Origin: an uncultured Actinomycetes bacterium
GTDB lineage: Bacteria; Actinomycetota; Coriobacteriia; Anaerosomatales; PHET01
Reading direction: 5' to 3'
DNA: 64,000 bases
NCBI GenBank assembly: GCA_963770765.1
Contig: CAVYQS010000014.1
Coordinates: forward strand, 5,453 to 69,452
Part shown: piece after piece, positions 12,840 to 23,230 of the stretch
Numbering within the stretch: the first letter of the stretch is position 1
How the letters are laid out: the number at the start of each line of letters is the position of its first letter
Program-made: the position numbers and the translations under genes
The notes under the pieces: generated by a model
Databases searched by the model: none
What the model was told of the DNA's origin: nothing
The model's input: only the letters and a program-made list of their open reading frames with translations

Positions 12840-13610
12840 ATGTCGCGCGCGCGCTTCTTCCTGACAGGAGAGCCGGAATTCGATGAGGCAGTGGATTCAC
12901 CTCTACCGCTCACGACCGCTGATGCGCGCCACGCCGCCCGGGTGCTCAGGATCGACACAGGCGAGCACATCGACGTCGTCGCCCCATCCGGCAGAGGATG
13001 GCGTGTCGAGGTCACCGATGTGGTCGACGGCTCCATTCGCGGGCGAGTCGTCGAGCCGTTGCCGGCGGCTCACCGAGCTTCCATCACTCTGTTCCAGGGA
13101 GTCGCCAAGGGCGAGAAGATGGACTCGATCGTACGACAGGCGGTTGAAGTCGGCGCGGTTGCCGTCGTACCGGTGATGACATCGCGCACGATCGTGCGCC
13201 TCGACCCTCGTAAGCGCGCTGAGCGCGGAGAGCGGTGGCGCCGCATCGCTGAGTCGGCCGCGAAACAGGCGCGCAGGGAGACGGTTCCGGCGGTCAGCGA
13301 CCCCGTCGATCTGGCCGAGGCGGTCGCTCTTCTCGGCGGCTACGACCGCGTGCTCGTGCTGTGGGAGGACCGGGTGGGACACCATATTCTCCCGGAGCTC
13401 CGCGAGGCGTTCGCGAATCCCCGCGTACGGCTGGCCCTCTTCGTGGGACCTGAGGGCGGACTATCAGTCGACGAAGTGTCCTCCCTGGAGTCGCTCGGGG
13501 CGCGGTCGGTGTCGCTCGGTCCGTCGGTGCTTCGGACGGAGACCGCAGCGGTCGTCGCCCTGGGTCTCGCCGCCGCCGTCGGCCTGGAGGCTGCCGGTCA
13601 TGAGTCCTGA
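12840..13610 (+). CDS. rsmE: 16S rRNA (uracil1498-N3)-methyltransferase RsmE
   Basis: It has a PUA-like N-terminus and a SPOUT C-terminus (GPEGGLSVDEV), and sits in the conserved position after dnaJ. Confidence 0.85.
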   Translation: MSRARFFLTGEPEFDEAVDSPLPLTTADARHAARVLRIDTGEHIDVVAPSGRGWRVEVTDVVDGSIRGRVVEPLPAAHRASITLFQGVAKGEKMDSIVRQAVEVGAVAVVPVMTSRTIVRLDPRKRAERGERWRRIAESAAKQARRETVPAVSDPVDLAEAVALLGGYDRVLVLWEDRVGHHILPELREAFANPRVRLALFVGPEGGLSVDEVSSLESLGARSVSLGPSVLRTETAAVVALGLAAAVGLEAAGHES

Positions 13611-14850
13611 CAAGCCGACGGCGGGTATCCCGGTCGCGTTTCGTACGCTGGGCTGCAAGGTCAACCGTGTGGAGTCCGACCAGATCGCGGTCGAGCTCAT
13701 CGGCCGAGGTGCCCGGATCGCACCGGAGAACGAGGCGGCCGTCGTCGTGATCAACACCTGCACGGTGACCGGAGAGGCAGATGCCAAAGCCCGCAAGGCC
13801 GTGCGTCACGCTCTGAACGCCGACAGTCGCCCTCTGGTGGTCGTGACGGGCTGCCTGGCGGCCCTCGACGCCCCCGGCCTCGCTTCCCTGGGCGAACGGG
13901 TGATCGCTGAGCCCGATAAGTCTGTCATCGTACGACGGGTCGCCGAGTCGCTCGGGCTTCCCGCCACGGTGGATGACGGCATGCCCCCGATCGTTGCTGT
14001 CGGTGACGGTTTTCGAACGCGGGCAGCGATCAAGATCGAGGACGGCTGCGACAACTTCTGCACGTACTGCATCGTCCCTCACGCCCGCGGCGTGCCGCGC
14101 GCGGTTCCGCTCGAGCTCGTTGTGAAGAGCGCGCGGGGGCTGGTCGATGCCGGGGTCGCCGAGGTCGTACTGACAGGAATCAACATCGGACGTTACCGTG
14201 ACGGGGACGCCGAGCTTCGTGATGTCGTGCGCGCGGTCGCCGCTACGGGAGTGGCCCGCCTTCGAGTATCCAGCATCGAGCCACCGGACCTGACTCCGAG
14301 ACTGATCTCGGTGCTCGCCGAGACCCCCGCGCTCTGCGAGCACCTGCACGTGCCACTGCAGAGCGGCAGCGACGCTGTCCTGAGCCGGATGGGGCGCGCC
14401 TACACCACCCGCGAGTACGAGGAGTGGATCGGTGCGCTTCGCGAGGCCATTCCCGGCGTGGCGGTGACGACCGACGTGATCGCCGGCTTCCCGGGCGAGA
14501 CGGACGAGGAGCATGAGGCCTCATGCGCGTTCGTGCGGCGCATCGGCTTCGCCAAGCTGCATGTGTTCCGCTACAGCGCCCGGCCGGGCACTCCCGCTGC
14601 CGCGCTGCCTCAGGTCGGTCCGTCGATCAAGGCCGACCGCGCGGCGCTGCTGCGTGCTATCGGAGACGAGTGTCGGTTTGACTACATCAATGCGCGGGAG
14701 GGAGCGCAGGCCAGCGTGCTCGTCGAATCCGTGGATGGCGAGAGCGTGACCGGCACCACACGAGACTACCTGCGGGTGTCGTTTCGCGACGCCGACGCGA
14801 AGATCGGCGACAGGGTCGTGGTCACGCTGAGCGCCGGGAGCTGTGCGTAG
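13600..14850 (+). CDS. mtaB: Radical-SAM methylthiotransferase, MtaB/YqeV-like
   Basis: It has N-terminal MTTase cysteines (GCKVN...NTCTVT...GC), the radical SAM motif CDNFCTYC and a C-terminal TRAM-like domain. Confidence 0.8.
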   Translation: MSPDKPTAGIPVAFRTLGCKVNRVESDQIAVELIGRGARIAPENEAAVVVINTCTVTGEADAKARKAVRHALNADSRPLVVVTGCLAALDAPGLASLGERVIAEPDKSVIVRRVAESLGLPATVDDGMPPIVAVGDGFRTRAAIKIEDGCDNFCTYCIVPHARGVPRAVPLELVVKSARGLVDAGVAEVVLTGINIGRYRDGDAELRDVVRAVAATGVARLRVSSIEPPDLTPRLISVLAETPALCEHLHVPLQSGSDAVLSRMGRAYTTREYEEWIGALREAIPGVAVTTDVIAGFPGETDEEHEASCAFVRRIGFAKLHVFRYSARPGTPAAALPQVGPSIKADRAALLRAIGDECRFDYINAREGAQASVLVESVDGESVTGTTRDYLRVSFRDADAKIGDRVVVTLSAGSCA

Positions 14851-14956
14851 TGCGTGTTCACAGGCAGCGACAGCGCGCACGGTGGTAGAATCCAGGTGCG
14901 TCAAGAAGGGCCGTGAAACGACCGTTTCCTGACGTCAGTGCCGCCAACCAACCGAG

Positions 14957-15946
14957 GTGCATCACTCAACCGTGGAATCGACTCAGATCCGTCTTGTCGT
15001 CCCGCCCGAACTCGACATGACCCGCCTGCTCGGTCAAGGCGACTCACTCCTGAGGCTCATCGAAGACCAGTTCGACCCGACGATCTCCGTTCGGGGCAAC
15101 GAGATCACCATCGCGGGCGATGCCGGCGACTCAGCGACCGTCTCGGCGCTCTTCTCCGAGATGATCGGACTCGTCGAGCGTGGGGTGAGCCTCACACCCG
15201 ACGCGATCGAACGCTCCATCGACATGCTCACGGCGGGGGAGTGCACTCCGACCGCGCTGCATGGCGATGTGATCCTCACCCACAAGGGCAAGGCCATCCG
15301 TCCCAAGACCGGCGGCCAGAAGCGCTATGTGGACGCGATCCGCTCGAGCACCGTCACGTTCGGGATCGGCCCTGCAGGCACCGGGAAGACCTACCTCGCG
15401 ATGGCCATGGCCGTTGAGGCTCTCAAGCGCAAGCAGGTGGGGCGCATCATCCTCACCCGCCCCGCGGTCGAGGCAGGTGAGTCGTTGGGCTTCTTGCCGG
15501 GCACCCTCACCGAGAAGGTCGACCCGTACCTGCGTCCCCTCTATGACGCGTTGTTCGACATGATGGACGCCGAGAAGTCCTCATCCATGCTCGAGCGCGG
15601 TGTCATCGAGATCGCACCCCTCGCGTACATGCGCGGCCGCACGCTCAACGACAGCTTCGTGATCCTCGACGAAGCCCAGAACACCACCGCTGAGCAGATG
15701 AAGATGTTTCTCACGCGCCTCGGGTTCGGGTCAAGGATCGTCGTGACCGGCGACGTCACCCAAGTCGACCTTCCGCGCGGGGTTTCGGGGCTCAGGCAGG
15801 TCCGTGGCATCCTCGACGGCGTGAAGGACATCGCGTTCGTCGATCTCAGCGGGAAGGACGTCGTCCGGCACAAGCTCGTGCAGCGGATCGTCTCAGCGTA
15901 TGAGCGCCACGAAGAGCGCAAGGCGGAGTCAGGTCGAGATGCCTGA
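14957..15946 (+). CDS. phoH: PhoH-like ATPase
   Basis: It has Walker [10 protein letters not shown], Walker [10 protein letters not shown] and a KH-like N-terminus. Confidence 0.9.
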   Translation: MHHSTVESTQIRLVVPPELDMTRLLGQGDSLLRLIEDQFDPTISVRGNEITIAGDAGDSATVSALFSEMIGLVERGVSLTPDAIERSIDMLTAGECTPTALHGDVILTHKGKAIRPKTGGQKRYVDAIRSSTVTFGIGPAGTGKTYLAMAMAVEALKRKQVGRIILTRPAVEAGESLGFLPGTLTEKVDPYLRPLYDALFDMMDAEKSSSMLERGVIEIAPLAYMRGRTLNDSFVILDEAQNTTAEQMKMFLTRLGFGSRIVVTGDVTQVDLPRGVSGLRQVRGILDGVKDIAFVDLSGKDVVRHKLVQRIVSAYERHEERKAESGRDA

Positions 15947-16976
15947 CCCCCGGCACCCGAAGACCCATTACGCGCCCAAGGTCACGTCCAGGGCGCTGGC
16001 GATGCGACCCGAAAGCAGAAAGGTCCTTCTGGGCGCGGCCTTCTTCACGGTCATCGGCGCCACCGCGTTGGGTGCGGCGGTCGCCTACCTGGGAGGCATG
16101 GCCACCGGCGGTTCGGAGGAAGCGGCCCTTTCGGCCGCCCTCTGGGGCGGTGTCGGTGCGCTGGTCGCAGCCGTCCTTGGCGTGGCGGCGATCCCGGTCG
16201 CACGGCGGGTGCTCATCTCACGGCAGGACGTTCGCATGATCGAAGCCGCGAGTCCGGTGCATCCCCTCATACGCCGCCTCATGATCGAGGCGCCCGGTAC
16301 CTATACGCACTCGCTCGCGGTCGCGAGTCTGTCCGAGGCCGGGGCGGAGGCGATCGGTGCCGACACGCTGGCGTCACGAGTGGGCGCCTACTACCACGAT
16401 GTCGGGAAGATCAAGCGTCCGTGCTACTTCTTCGAGAACCTGGCGGAGGGTCAGAATCCGCACGACGAGGCCAAGCCGTCCCTTTCGGCCCTGATCATCA
16501 CCTCCCACGTCTCGGACGGGCTGGCTCTCGCAGAGGAGTACGAGCTTCCCGCCAAGGTCCGTGACATCATTCGCGAACACCACGGCACTTCGCTGATCCG
16601 CTACTTCTACTACAAGGCGGCCGCGGCCGGTCCCGACGTCTTCGAGGCTGACTACCGGTACCACGGCGGCCGCCCCAGCAGCCGAGAGGCGGCACTCGTC
16701 ATGCTGGCCGATTCGTGCGAAGCGGCGGTACGCGCGCTCAAGGAGCCCACGACCGAAGGCATCTCCACCGCGGTGCGTTTCGTCATCGATGACAAGCTGC
16801 ACGATAGCCAGCTCGACAACTCCGGTCTCTCTCCCGGGGACATCGATATGCTCGTCACCACGTTCACCCGGATGCTTGTGGGTATGCTCCACGCACGGTG
16901 CGAGTACCCGCAGCCGTTGGCGGCACCAAGGAGGGAAGTCGATGCAGATCAGCGTCGTGAGCCATCGCGAGCCTGA
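15939..16976 (+). CDS. Membrane HD-domain phosphohydrolase, a short PgpH/YqfF-type protein
   Basis: It has the HD/HDIG motifs (THSLAVASL, YYHDVGK, HH) after only about two predicted TM helices. ATG 15939 overlaps the phoH stop (ATGCCTGA). Confidence 0.75.
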   Translation: MPDPRHPKTHYAPKVTSRALAMRPESRKVLLGAAFFTVIGATALGAAVAYLGGMATGGSEEAALSAALWGGVGALVAAVLGVAAIPVARRVLISRQDVRMIEAASPVHPLIRRLMIEAPGTYTHSLAVASLSEAGAEAIGADTLASRVGAYYHDVGKIKRPCYFFENLAEGQNPHDEAKPSLSALIITSHVSDGLALAEEYELPAKVRDIIREHHGTSLIRYFYYKAAAAGPDVFEADYRYHGGRPSSREAALVMLADSCEAAVRALKEPTTEGISTAVRFVIDDKLHDSQLDNSGLSPGDIDMLVTTFTRMLVGMLHARCEYPQPLAAPRREVDADQRREPSRA

Positions 16977-17394
16977 GCCGCTTGACCTGACGGCCTTCGA
17001 GCGCCTCTCGGCGTTCGTCCTGGAGCGCGAGGAGGCCCCTGAGGCCATCGAGCTCTCAATAGCCGTGGTCGATATCGCCGAGATGACATCGCTCAACACG
17101 TCCTACCGCGGCAAGGAAGGCCCAACGGACGTGCTGTCGTTCGAGTGCGACGACCCTTGCACAGTCGTCGGGCCCGACGAGTCCGTGACATTGGGGGATG
17201 TCGTGATCGCACCCGAGGTGGCCGAGGTCCAAGCCGTCGAATACGGCCACACGGTGGAGGAGGAGCTGAACCTGCTGCTCGTGCACGGTGTACTCCATCT
17301 GCTCGGGTACGACCACGAATCGGACGAGGACGCCACGGTCATGCAGGCGCGCGAGCGGGTGCTGCTCGAGGCGTGGGCAGCCGCCACGGGTTAG
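16942..17394 (+). CDS. ybeY: Endoribonuclease YbeY
   Basis: It has the zinc motif HGVLHLLGYDH. ATG 16942 follows an AAGGAGGG RBS. Confidence 0.9.
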   Translation: MQISVVSHREPEPLDLTAFERLSAFVLEREEAPEAIELSIAVVDIAEMTSLNTSYRGKEGPTDVLSFECDDPCTVVGPDESVTLGDVVIAPEVAEVQAVEYGHTVEEELNLLLVHGVLHLLGYDHESDEDATVMQARERVLLEAWAAATG

Positions 17395-17407
17395 AAGGCG
17401 GGCCGGG

Positions 17408-18109
17408 GTGAAGAGCCGCTCGATCATCTGGAGCTTCAACTACGCGATCGAGGGAGTCGTGTACGCGCTGCGCACGCAGCGCAACATGCGAGTTCACTTG
17501 ACGATCGCCGTGTTGGCTGCGGTCGGGAGTCTGCTTCTGGGCGTGTCGAGGATCGAGCTCGTCGCCGTCGTCTTCGCCATCAGTCTCGTGTTCGTGACCG
17601 AGCTGTTCAACACCGCGGTCGAGGCCGCTGTGGACGTCAGTGTCGAGCGCTACGATCCTTTGGCGAAGATCGCCAAGGACGTGGCCGCCAGTGCCGTTCT
17701 GGTCGCTGCGATCAATGCCCTGGTCGTCGGGTATCTCATCCTGTTCGAGCCGGTGAAGGCCGTGCTTTCGCAGGGCCTGACGCTGGTGAGATTCGCCTCG
17801 GCCGACCTCACGGTCATCGCGCTCGGACTCGTCGTGCTCGGCGTGCTCGCCCTCAAGGCGCTCTCGAAGGAGGGCACGTGGATGCAGGGCGGCTGGCCGA
17901 GCGGTCATGCCGCCTTGGCGTTCGGCGCGGCGACCATCGTCGGCTTCACCACGGGTAGTGCGGGCGCTCTCGCCGTCGGCCTCTTCATCGCGTTTCTGGT
18001 GGTCCAAAGCCGCGTGGAGGCCGAGATACACACCGTGCCCCAGGTACTCGTGGGCTCGGTCTTGGGCATCGTGATCGTCACGCTGGTATTTCAGCTATTC
18101 TTCCGATGA
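17408..18109 (+). CDS. dgkA: DgkA-type lipid kinase fused to a PAP2-type lipid phosphatase module
   Basis: The N-terminal ~120 aa are DAGK_prokar-like (SFNYAIEGVVYALRTQRNMRVH...TELFNTAVE). The C-terminus carries the PAP2 motifs PSGH and SRVEAEIH. The start is GTG 17408. Confidence 0.7.
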   Translation: MKSRSIIWSFNYAIEGVVYALRTQRNMRVHLTIAVLAAVGSLLLGVSRIELVAVVFAISLVFVTELFNTAVEAAVDVSVERYDPLAKIAKDVAASAVLVAAINALVVGYLILFEPVKAVLSQGLTLVRFASADLTVIALGLVVLGVLALKALSKEGTWMQGGWPSGHAALAFGAATIVGFTTGSAGALAVGLFIAFLVVQSRVEAEIHTVPQVLVGSVLGIVIVTLVFQLFFR

Positions 18110-18144
18110 AGCGTACTCACCGCTTCTGAACCGACGATGGAGGC

Positions 18145-19425
18145 GTGGAACCGTTGGCTCTTGCGTTGGCCGCCAGTGTACTTCTGACCGTCCTTTCCGC
18201 TGTTCTCGCCGCGTCGGAGACCGCCGTGATGCTGCTTTCGCCCGGCCGGGTCCACCGGCTGGCGGAGTCAGGCCGTGCTGGCTCTGCGCAGCTTGACGCC
18301 CTCGCGGAGCACCGTCACCGGCTGAGGGCCGTCAGCATGTTCGTCGCCGGGGTCGCCTACGGCGCTGCGACCATCGGGTTCGTCCTGCTCGTGGAGGCGC
18401 TCGTCGGATCGACCACCTGGCGGTTCGCACTGTCCGCGACCGTGGCGGTCCTGTTGGCGGCTGTCACGGTCTACACGCTCGCCCAGGCCCTGCCTCGGAC
18501 CATCGCCGCCACGAACGCCGAGCGCATCGCGCTGGACACCGCACCGTTCGTTCTTCCGCTGATGCGTGCGCTGTACCCGATCGCCGGGGTGCTCGGCGCA
18601 CCGTGGAAGTGGGCGGTCGACGTAGCCGGTGGTGAACGGACGTTCACACCCTGGGCGGTCACCGCCGAATGGCGCGGCACGAACGCCGAAGACGACGCCG
18701 AGCGCGAGGAGGCCGAGGAGGCGCTGCTCGAAGCTGTCTCGGACTTCGCCGAGAAGGTCGTGCGCGAAGTCATGGTGCCGCGAACGGACATGTCGTCGCT
18801 GCCCGACACGGCCACGTGCACCGATGCGGTCCACCTCATCGCCAAGACAGGCTATTCGCGCCTGCCCGTCTACCACGGCACCATAGATGACGTGCGCGGC
18901 GTGCTCTACGCCAAGGACCTTCTCGGCGCGCTTGCCAACGGCGGAGTGGACCATCTCGCGATCGATCTCGCGCGCTCTCCGTATTTCGTGCCGGAGACCA
19001 AGCCGGTCGAGGAGCTGCTCGTCGAGATGCGCGAGCGCACGCACATCGCGATCGTCGCCGACGAGTACGGTGGCACAGCGGGCCTCGTCACCCTCGAGGA
19101 TCTTCTCGAAGAGATCGTCGGCGACATAGCCGATGAGTACGACCGTGAGGAGCCCTTGGTGGTCGAGCTCGGCGATCAGCGCTACCGGGTCGATGCGCGG
19201 CTGCCCGTCGACGACCTGAACGAGTTGCTGGGAACAGACCTCGACACCGAGGCCGACTCGGTGGGGGGATTGTTCACGGAGGTTGCAGGCCACATACCGG
19301 AGCGAGGAGAATCGTTGATGATCGAAGGCGTGAGCCTGACCGTCACCGATCTGCAGGGTACGCGGATACGTCAGCTGACCGTCGAGCCCGCTGGCTCGGC
19401 CAGACAAGGAGCACCCGATGCATAG
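18145..19425 (+). CDS. corC: CNNM/CorC-family transporter-associated protein (DUF21 + CBS pair + CorC_HlyC)
   Basis: It has four N-terminal TM helices, a CBS pair (VMVPRTDM...[26 protein letters not shown]) and a CorC_HlyC tail. Confidence 0.85.
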   Translation: MEPLALALAASVLLTVLSAVLAASETAVMLLSPGRVHRLAESGRAGSAQLDALAEHRHRLRAVSMFVAGVAYGAATIGFVLLVEALVGSTTWRFALSATVAVLLAAVTVYTLAQALPRTIAATNAERIALDTAPFVLPLMRALYPIAGVLGAPWKWAVDVAGGERTFTPWAVTAEWRGTNAEDDAEREEAEEALLEAVSDFAEKVVREVMVPRTDMSSLPDTATCTDAVHLIAKTGYSRLPVYHGTIDDVRGVLYAKDLLGALANGGVDHLAIDLARSPYFVPETKPVEELLVEMRERTHIAIVADEYGGTAGLVTLEDLLEEIVGDIADEYDREEPLVVELGDQRYRVDARLPVDDLNELLGTDLDTEADSVGGLFTEVAGHIPERGESLMIEGVSLTVTDLQGTRIRQLTVEPAGSARQGAPDA

Positions 19426-19840
19426 GTTGACCGCAGCTGAGCTGTTGCTGCTCGCGCAGGCACGTGACATCCAGGACCGCGCCTACGCCCCGTACTCCGG
19501 GTTCCGCGTCGGCGCGGCGGTGTTCACGGCCGAGGGGGAGATATTTCGTGGCGTCAACGTCGAGAACGCAGCGTACGGCGCGACACTGTGTGCGGAGCGG
19601 AGTGCGCTGGCGGCGGCGGTCGCCCACGGCTTCACCGACATCCAGGCGGTCGCCGTCGTCGGCGACTCAGACGCGCCCACGGTCCCGTGCGGGTGTTGCC
19701 GTCAGGCGCTCGCCGAGTTCAATCCCGAGATGCGCGTGATAATGGGAGGCCAGCGCGACGACGTCATGGTCATGAGCCTCGACGAGCTGCTCCCCGAGGC
19801 GTTCGTTCGTGGCTTCCTCGACCAAGACGAGACCGCGTAG
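19418..19840 (+). CDS. cdd: Cytidine deaminase
   Basis: It has the zinc-ligand motifs CAERSA and PCGCCRQ. Confidence 0.9.
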   Translation: MHRLTAAELLLLAQARDIQDRAYAPYSGFRVGAAVFTAEGEIFRGVNVENAAYGATLCAERSALAAAVAHGFTDIQAVAVVGDSDAPTVPCGCCRQALAEFNPEMRVIMGGQRDDVMVMSLDELLPEAFVRGFLDQDETA

Positions 19841-19841
19841 C

Positions 19842-20768
19842 GTGTCGAAACCCCAATCCAGCTCTGCCGAGATGATCCGCAGCGGCTTCGTCGCACTCGT
19901 GGGTCGCCCCAACGCAGGGAAGTCCACGCTCACCAACGCCCTGGTCGGCAGCAAGGTCGCCATCACGAGTGACACGCCACAGACCACCCGGCACCGTCTG
20001 CGGGCCGTGATCGACCGAGACGACGCCCAGGTGGTGCTCGTCGACACACCGGGGCTCCACAAGCCGCATGACGCGCTCGGCGAGCAGCTCAACAGGAGCG
20101 CACTCAAGGCTCTCGAGGACGTCGACGTGGTCGCGATGCTCATCGACGCTACGCAGCCCATAGGCGGTGGAGACCGCTGGGTGGGCGAGCACGTGGCCAA
20201 GGCGCGCACCGGCAAGCGGATCCTCGTCATCACGAAGGCCGACATCGCGAGTGAGAAGCAGGTCGACCGCCAGATGGCCATCGCTCGCGGGCTCGCGCCC
20301 TTCGATGACGTCGTCGTGCTCTCGGCGGTCGAGGGCTTCAACCTCGAGGGCTTCTACGAAGCGGTGGTCAAGTATCTGCCTGAGGGTCCACGCTGGTTCC
20401 CGCGCGACATGCCGTCGGACCAGTCGGTCGACGTGATGGTCGCCGAGTTCATCCGAGAGAAGATCCTGCGAACCACCTTCGACGAGGTGCCGCACGCCGT
20501 TGGCGTGGCCGTCGAGGACCTGGTGGTGGACCCCAAGAAGAGCCTCACCCGTATCTGGGCCGTCATCTACGTCGAGCGCGACTCCCAGAAGGGCATCATC
20601 ATCGGGAGGGGCGGGGAGTCGATCAAGCAGATCGGTATCGAGGCCCGAGAGGACCTCGAGCGGCTCCTTGGCACGAAGGTGTTCCTCGAACTGAAGGTGA
20701 AGGTGAAGAAGGACTGGCGGCGCGATGCCTCGCAGGTCCGCCGCTTCGGATACGGAGATGGTGCCTAG
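19842..20768 (+). CDS. era: GTPase Era
   Basis: It has G motifs GRPNAGKST, DTPG and TKAD plus the C-terminal KH domain. The start is not certain (GTG 19842 or a downstream ATG). Confidence 0.93.
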   Translation: MSKPQSSSAEMIRSGFVALVGRPNAGKSTLTNALVGSKVAITSDTPQTTRHRLRAVIDRDDAQVVLVDTPGLHKPHDALGEQLNRSALKALEDVDVVAMLIDATQPIGGGDRWVGEHVAKARTGKRILVITKADIASEKQVDRQMAIARGLAPFDDVVVLSAVEGFNLEGFYEAVVKYLPEGPRWFPRDMPSDQSVDVMVAEFIREKILRTTFDEVPHAVGVAVEDLVVDPKKSLTRIWAVIYVERDSQKGIIIGRGGESIKQIGIEAREDLERLLGTKVFLELKVKVKKDWRRDASQVRRFGYGDGA

Positions 20769-21461
20769 ATGAACCCCGCCGACGTCGCCGCGCTCGCGGC
20801 CAGCCTCGATCAGACGTTGTTGAAGCCGACAACGGGCTTCGCCGAGGCTGCGAGATGGATGGAGGCGTCTCGCGATGCCGGCTTCGCCTCGCTGTGCGTC
20901 TCGCCATTCCTCGTGCCGCTCGCTGCCGAGCATCTTGCGGGAACGTCTACGAAGGTGTGCTCGGTGTGCGGGTTCCCGCTTGGCTACTCCCTCACGGAGA
21001 CCAAGGCAGAGGAGGCCGTGCACTTGGTCGAGCTGGGCTGCACCGAAGTCGATATGGTGATGAACGTGGCATCGTTCGTCAGCGGCGATCTCGAGTTCGT
21101 GCGGGCCGATATCCAGGCGGTCGTCCTCGCCGTCTCGGCGGAGGCCGAGGATGAAGCGCTCGTCAAGGTGATCCTCGAGACAGCCTACTTGGACGAGGAG
21201 CAGATCGCGGCGGCCAGCATTCTGGCTGTTGAGGCCGGTGCCGCCTTCGTGAAGACGTCCACCGGGTTCGGGCCGCGGGGTGCGAGCGTGCGTGACGTCG
21301 AGATCATGCGTGCTGCTGTGGGCCCCGAGATCGGTGTGAAGGCCGCCGGCGGCATTCGCGACCTCGACTCCGCGCTGTCGATGATCGCGGTCGGCGCGAC
21401 CCGCATCGGCACATCTGCCGGTCTCGAGATCATCGCGCAGGCCACTCGTCGCGACGCCTGA
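20769..21461 (+). CDS. deoC: Deoxyribose-phosphate aldolase
   Basis: It has the class I aldolase Schiff-base lysine context FVKTSTGF and the motif KAAGGIR. Confidence 0.85.
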   Translation: MNPADVAALAASLDQTLLKPTTGFAEAARWMEASRDAGFASLCVSPFLVPLAAEHLAGTSTKVCSVCGFPLGYSLTETKAEEAVHLVELGCTEVDMVMNVASFVSGDLEFVRADIQAVVLAVSAEAEDEALVKVILETAYLDEEQIAAASILAVEAGAAFVKTSTGFGPRGASVRDVEIMRAAVGPEIGVKAAGGIRDLDSALSMIAVGATRIGTSAGLEIIAQATRRDA

Positions 21462-21470
21462 TCACCCCTC

Positions 21471-22217
21471 ATGCCGAGCTACCCGCTCACCGCGCTCGTC
21501 TTGCGCAAGACCAAGCTCGGCGAGACCGACATCATCCTGACGCTACTGGCCCAAGACGGCCGACAGGTGCGGGCGGTCGCCAAGGGTCTCCGCAAGCCGG
21601 GTTCGCGCTTCGGGGGGCGTCTCGAGCCCTTCTCGGTGGTCGATCTTCTGATGCACACCGGCAAGTCGCTCGAGGTCATCAGCGAGGCCCGAACGGTCAC
21701 AGCCCACGCGGCTCTGCGAGAGGACCTCGACCGCTCTGCGGCCGCGTCGGTGGTGGCCGATCTGCTCGACAAGATCGCCGTCGAGGGTCAGGTCGAGCCG
21801 CGCCTTTTCGCGCTCTCCACGACGACACTGAATGTGATGGACGCCGCTCAGGTGAACGCTTTGCCCCGGCTCGTGGTCGCGTTCTTGGTCAAGGCCATGG
21901 CGATGCACGGGTACCGTCCTGAGCTTGAGAGTTGCGCTGCGTGCGCGGGCAACGCGGCGTCCTCGCATACCTTCTCGTTGTCTGCGGGTGGGTCGCTGTG
22001 CGACTCGTGTGGCGATCTTGACGCCAGTTCACTGCGCTTCCCTGTCCAGGCACGCGAATGGCTGCAGCTACTGCTCGCCGCGACGATGGCCGAAGTAGAG
22101 GATCTCGATATGCCACCCGCAGCCGTGAGCGACTGCTTCGTGCTCGTGCGCAGCTTCGTTGCGTACCACTTGTCGGCCAGGCTCAAGGCGCTCGACTTCT
22201 ACGCGGGGCTCATGTAG
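21471..22217 (+). CDS. recO: DNA repair protein RecO
   Basis: It has an OB-fold N-terminus and a Cys4 zinc motif (CAAC...CDSC), and sits in the conserved position after era. Confidence 0.85.
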   Translation: MPSYPLTALVLRKTKLGETDIILTLLAQDGRQVRAVAKGLRKPGSRFGGRLEPFSVVDLLMHTGKSLEVISEARTVTAHAALREDLDRSAAASVVADLLDKIAVEGQVEPRLFALSTTTLNVMDAAQVNALPRLVVAFLVKAMAMHGYRPELESCAACAGNAASSHTFSLSAGGSLCDSCGDLDASSLRFPVQAREWLQLLLAATMAEVEDLDMPPAAVSDCFVLVRSFVAYHLSARLKALDFYAGLM

Positions 22218-22309
22218 AGGCGAGGTCCTTCTCGGCTGCGCCCTTCGTGTAGAATGTCCGCACGATTTCGAGGGGCATTCTCACCACATCTCAAGGGAGC
22301 ATCCACCCG

Positions 22310-23230
22310 ATGAGTTCTCTGACCTTCCAGGACATCATTCTGGCGCTTTCCCGCTACTGGGCCGATCAGGGATGCGTGGTCTTGCAGCCCTACGACACCG
22401 AGGTCGGCGCCGGCACCTTCCACCCCGCCACCACGCTGCGCTCACTGGGTCCTGACACGTGGCGCACGGCCTATGTGCAGCCGTCCCGGCGCCCCACCGA
22501 CGGGCGCTACGGCGAGAATCCCAACCGCCTCCAGCACTACTACCAGTACCAGGTCATCTTGAAGCCGAGCCCGGACAACGTGCTCGATCTCTACTTCGAC
22601 AGCCTGCGCGCCATAGGCATCGAGCCCGCCGACCACGACATCCGGCTCGTCGAGGATGACTGGGAGTCGCCCACGCTGGGCGCATGGGGACTGGGCTGGG
22701 AGGTCTGGCTCAACGGCATGGAGTGTACGCAGTTCACGTACTTCCAGCAGGTGGGAGGCTTCGAGTGTCGCCCGGTCCCTGCCGAGATCACCTACGGCCT
22801 CGAGCGCCTCGCGATGTACATCCAGGGCGTGGACAGCGTCTACGACCTCGTGTGGAGCGTGGGCCCCGACGGCCATGTCTTCACCTACGGCGATGTCTTC
22901 TTGCGCAACGAGCAGCAGTACTCCGCGTACAACTTCGAAGTGGCCGACGTCGACATGCTGTTGGGTCTGTTCACCACCTTCGAGGGCGAATGCAAGCGGA
23001 CGCTTGAGGCCGGCTACGTCCTGCCGGCGTACGACTACGTTCTCAAGTGCTCGCACGCGTTCAACCTTCTCGACGCACGCGGGGCGATCAGCGTGACCGA
23101 ACGACAGGGCTACATCCTGCGCGTGCGCACCATCGCCAAGGCGTGCTGTGAAGCGTATCTCGGACTCGTGACCCCCACGGAGGCCGCCGAGGAAGAATCG
23201 GCAGCTCAGGAAGGGGGTGAGGTGCTGTGA
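22310..23230 (+). CDS. glyQ: Glycyl-tRNA synthetase alpha subunit
   Basis: The N-terminus is highly conserved: [34 protein letters not shown]. Confidence 0.96.
   Translation: MSSLTFQDIILALSRYWADQGCVVLQPYDTEVGAGTFHPATTLRSLGPDTWRTAYVQPSRRPTDGRYGENPNRLQHYYQYQVILKPSPDNVLDLYFDSLRAIGIEPADHDIRLVEDDWESPTLGAWGLGWEVWLNGMECTQFTYFQQVGGFECRPVPAEITYGLERLAMYIQGVDSVYDLVWSVGPDGHVFTYGDVFLRNEQQYSAYNFEVADVDMLLGLFTTFEGECKRTLEAGYVLPAYDYVLKCSHAFNLLDARGAISVTERQGYILRVRTIAKACCEAYLGLVTPTEAAEEESAAQEGGEVL

Noticed and set aside
22218-22309. Possible T-box riboswitch or other leader upstream of glyQS.
   Set aside because: Only 92 nt are available. I found no T-box sequence (AA..GGGTGGTACCGCG-like), specifier-loop or terminator/antiterminator pair. 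Only a TAGAAT-like -10 box is visible.
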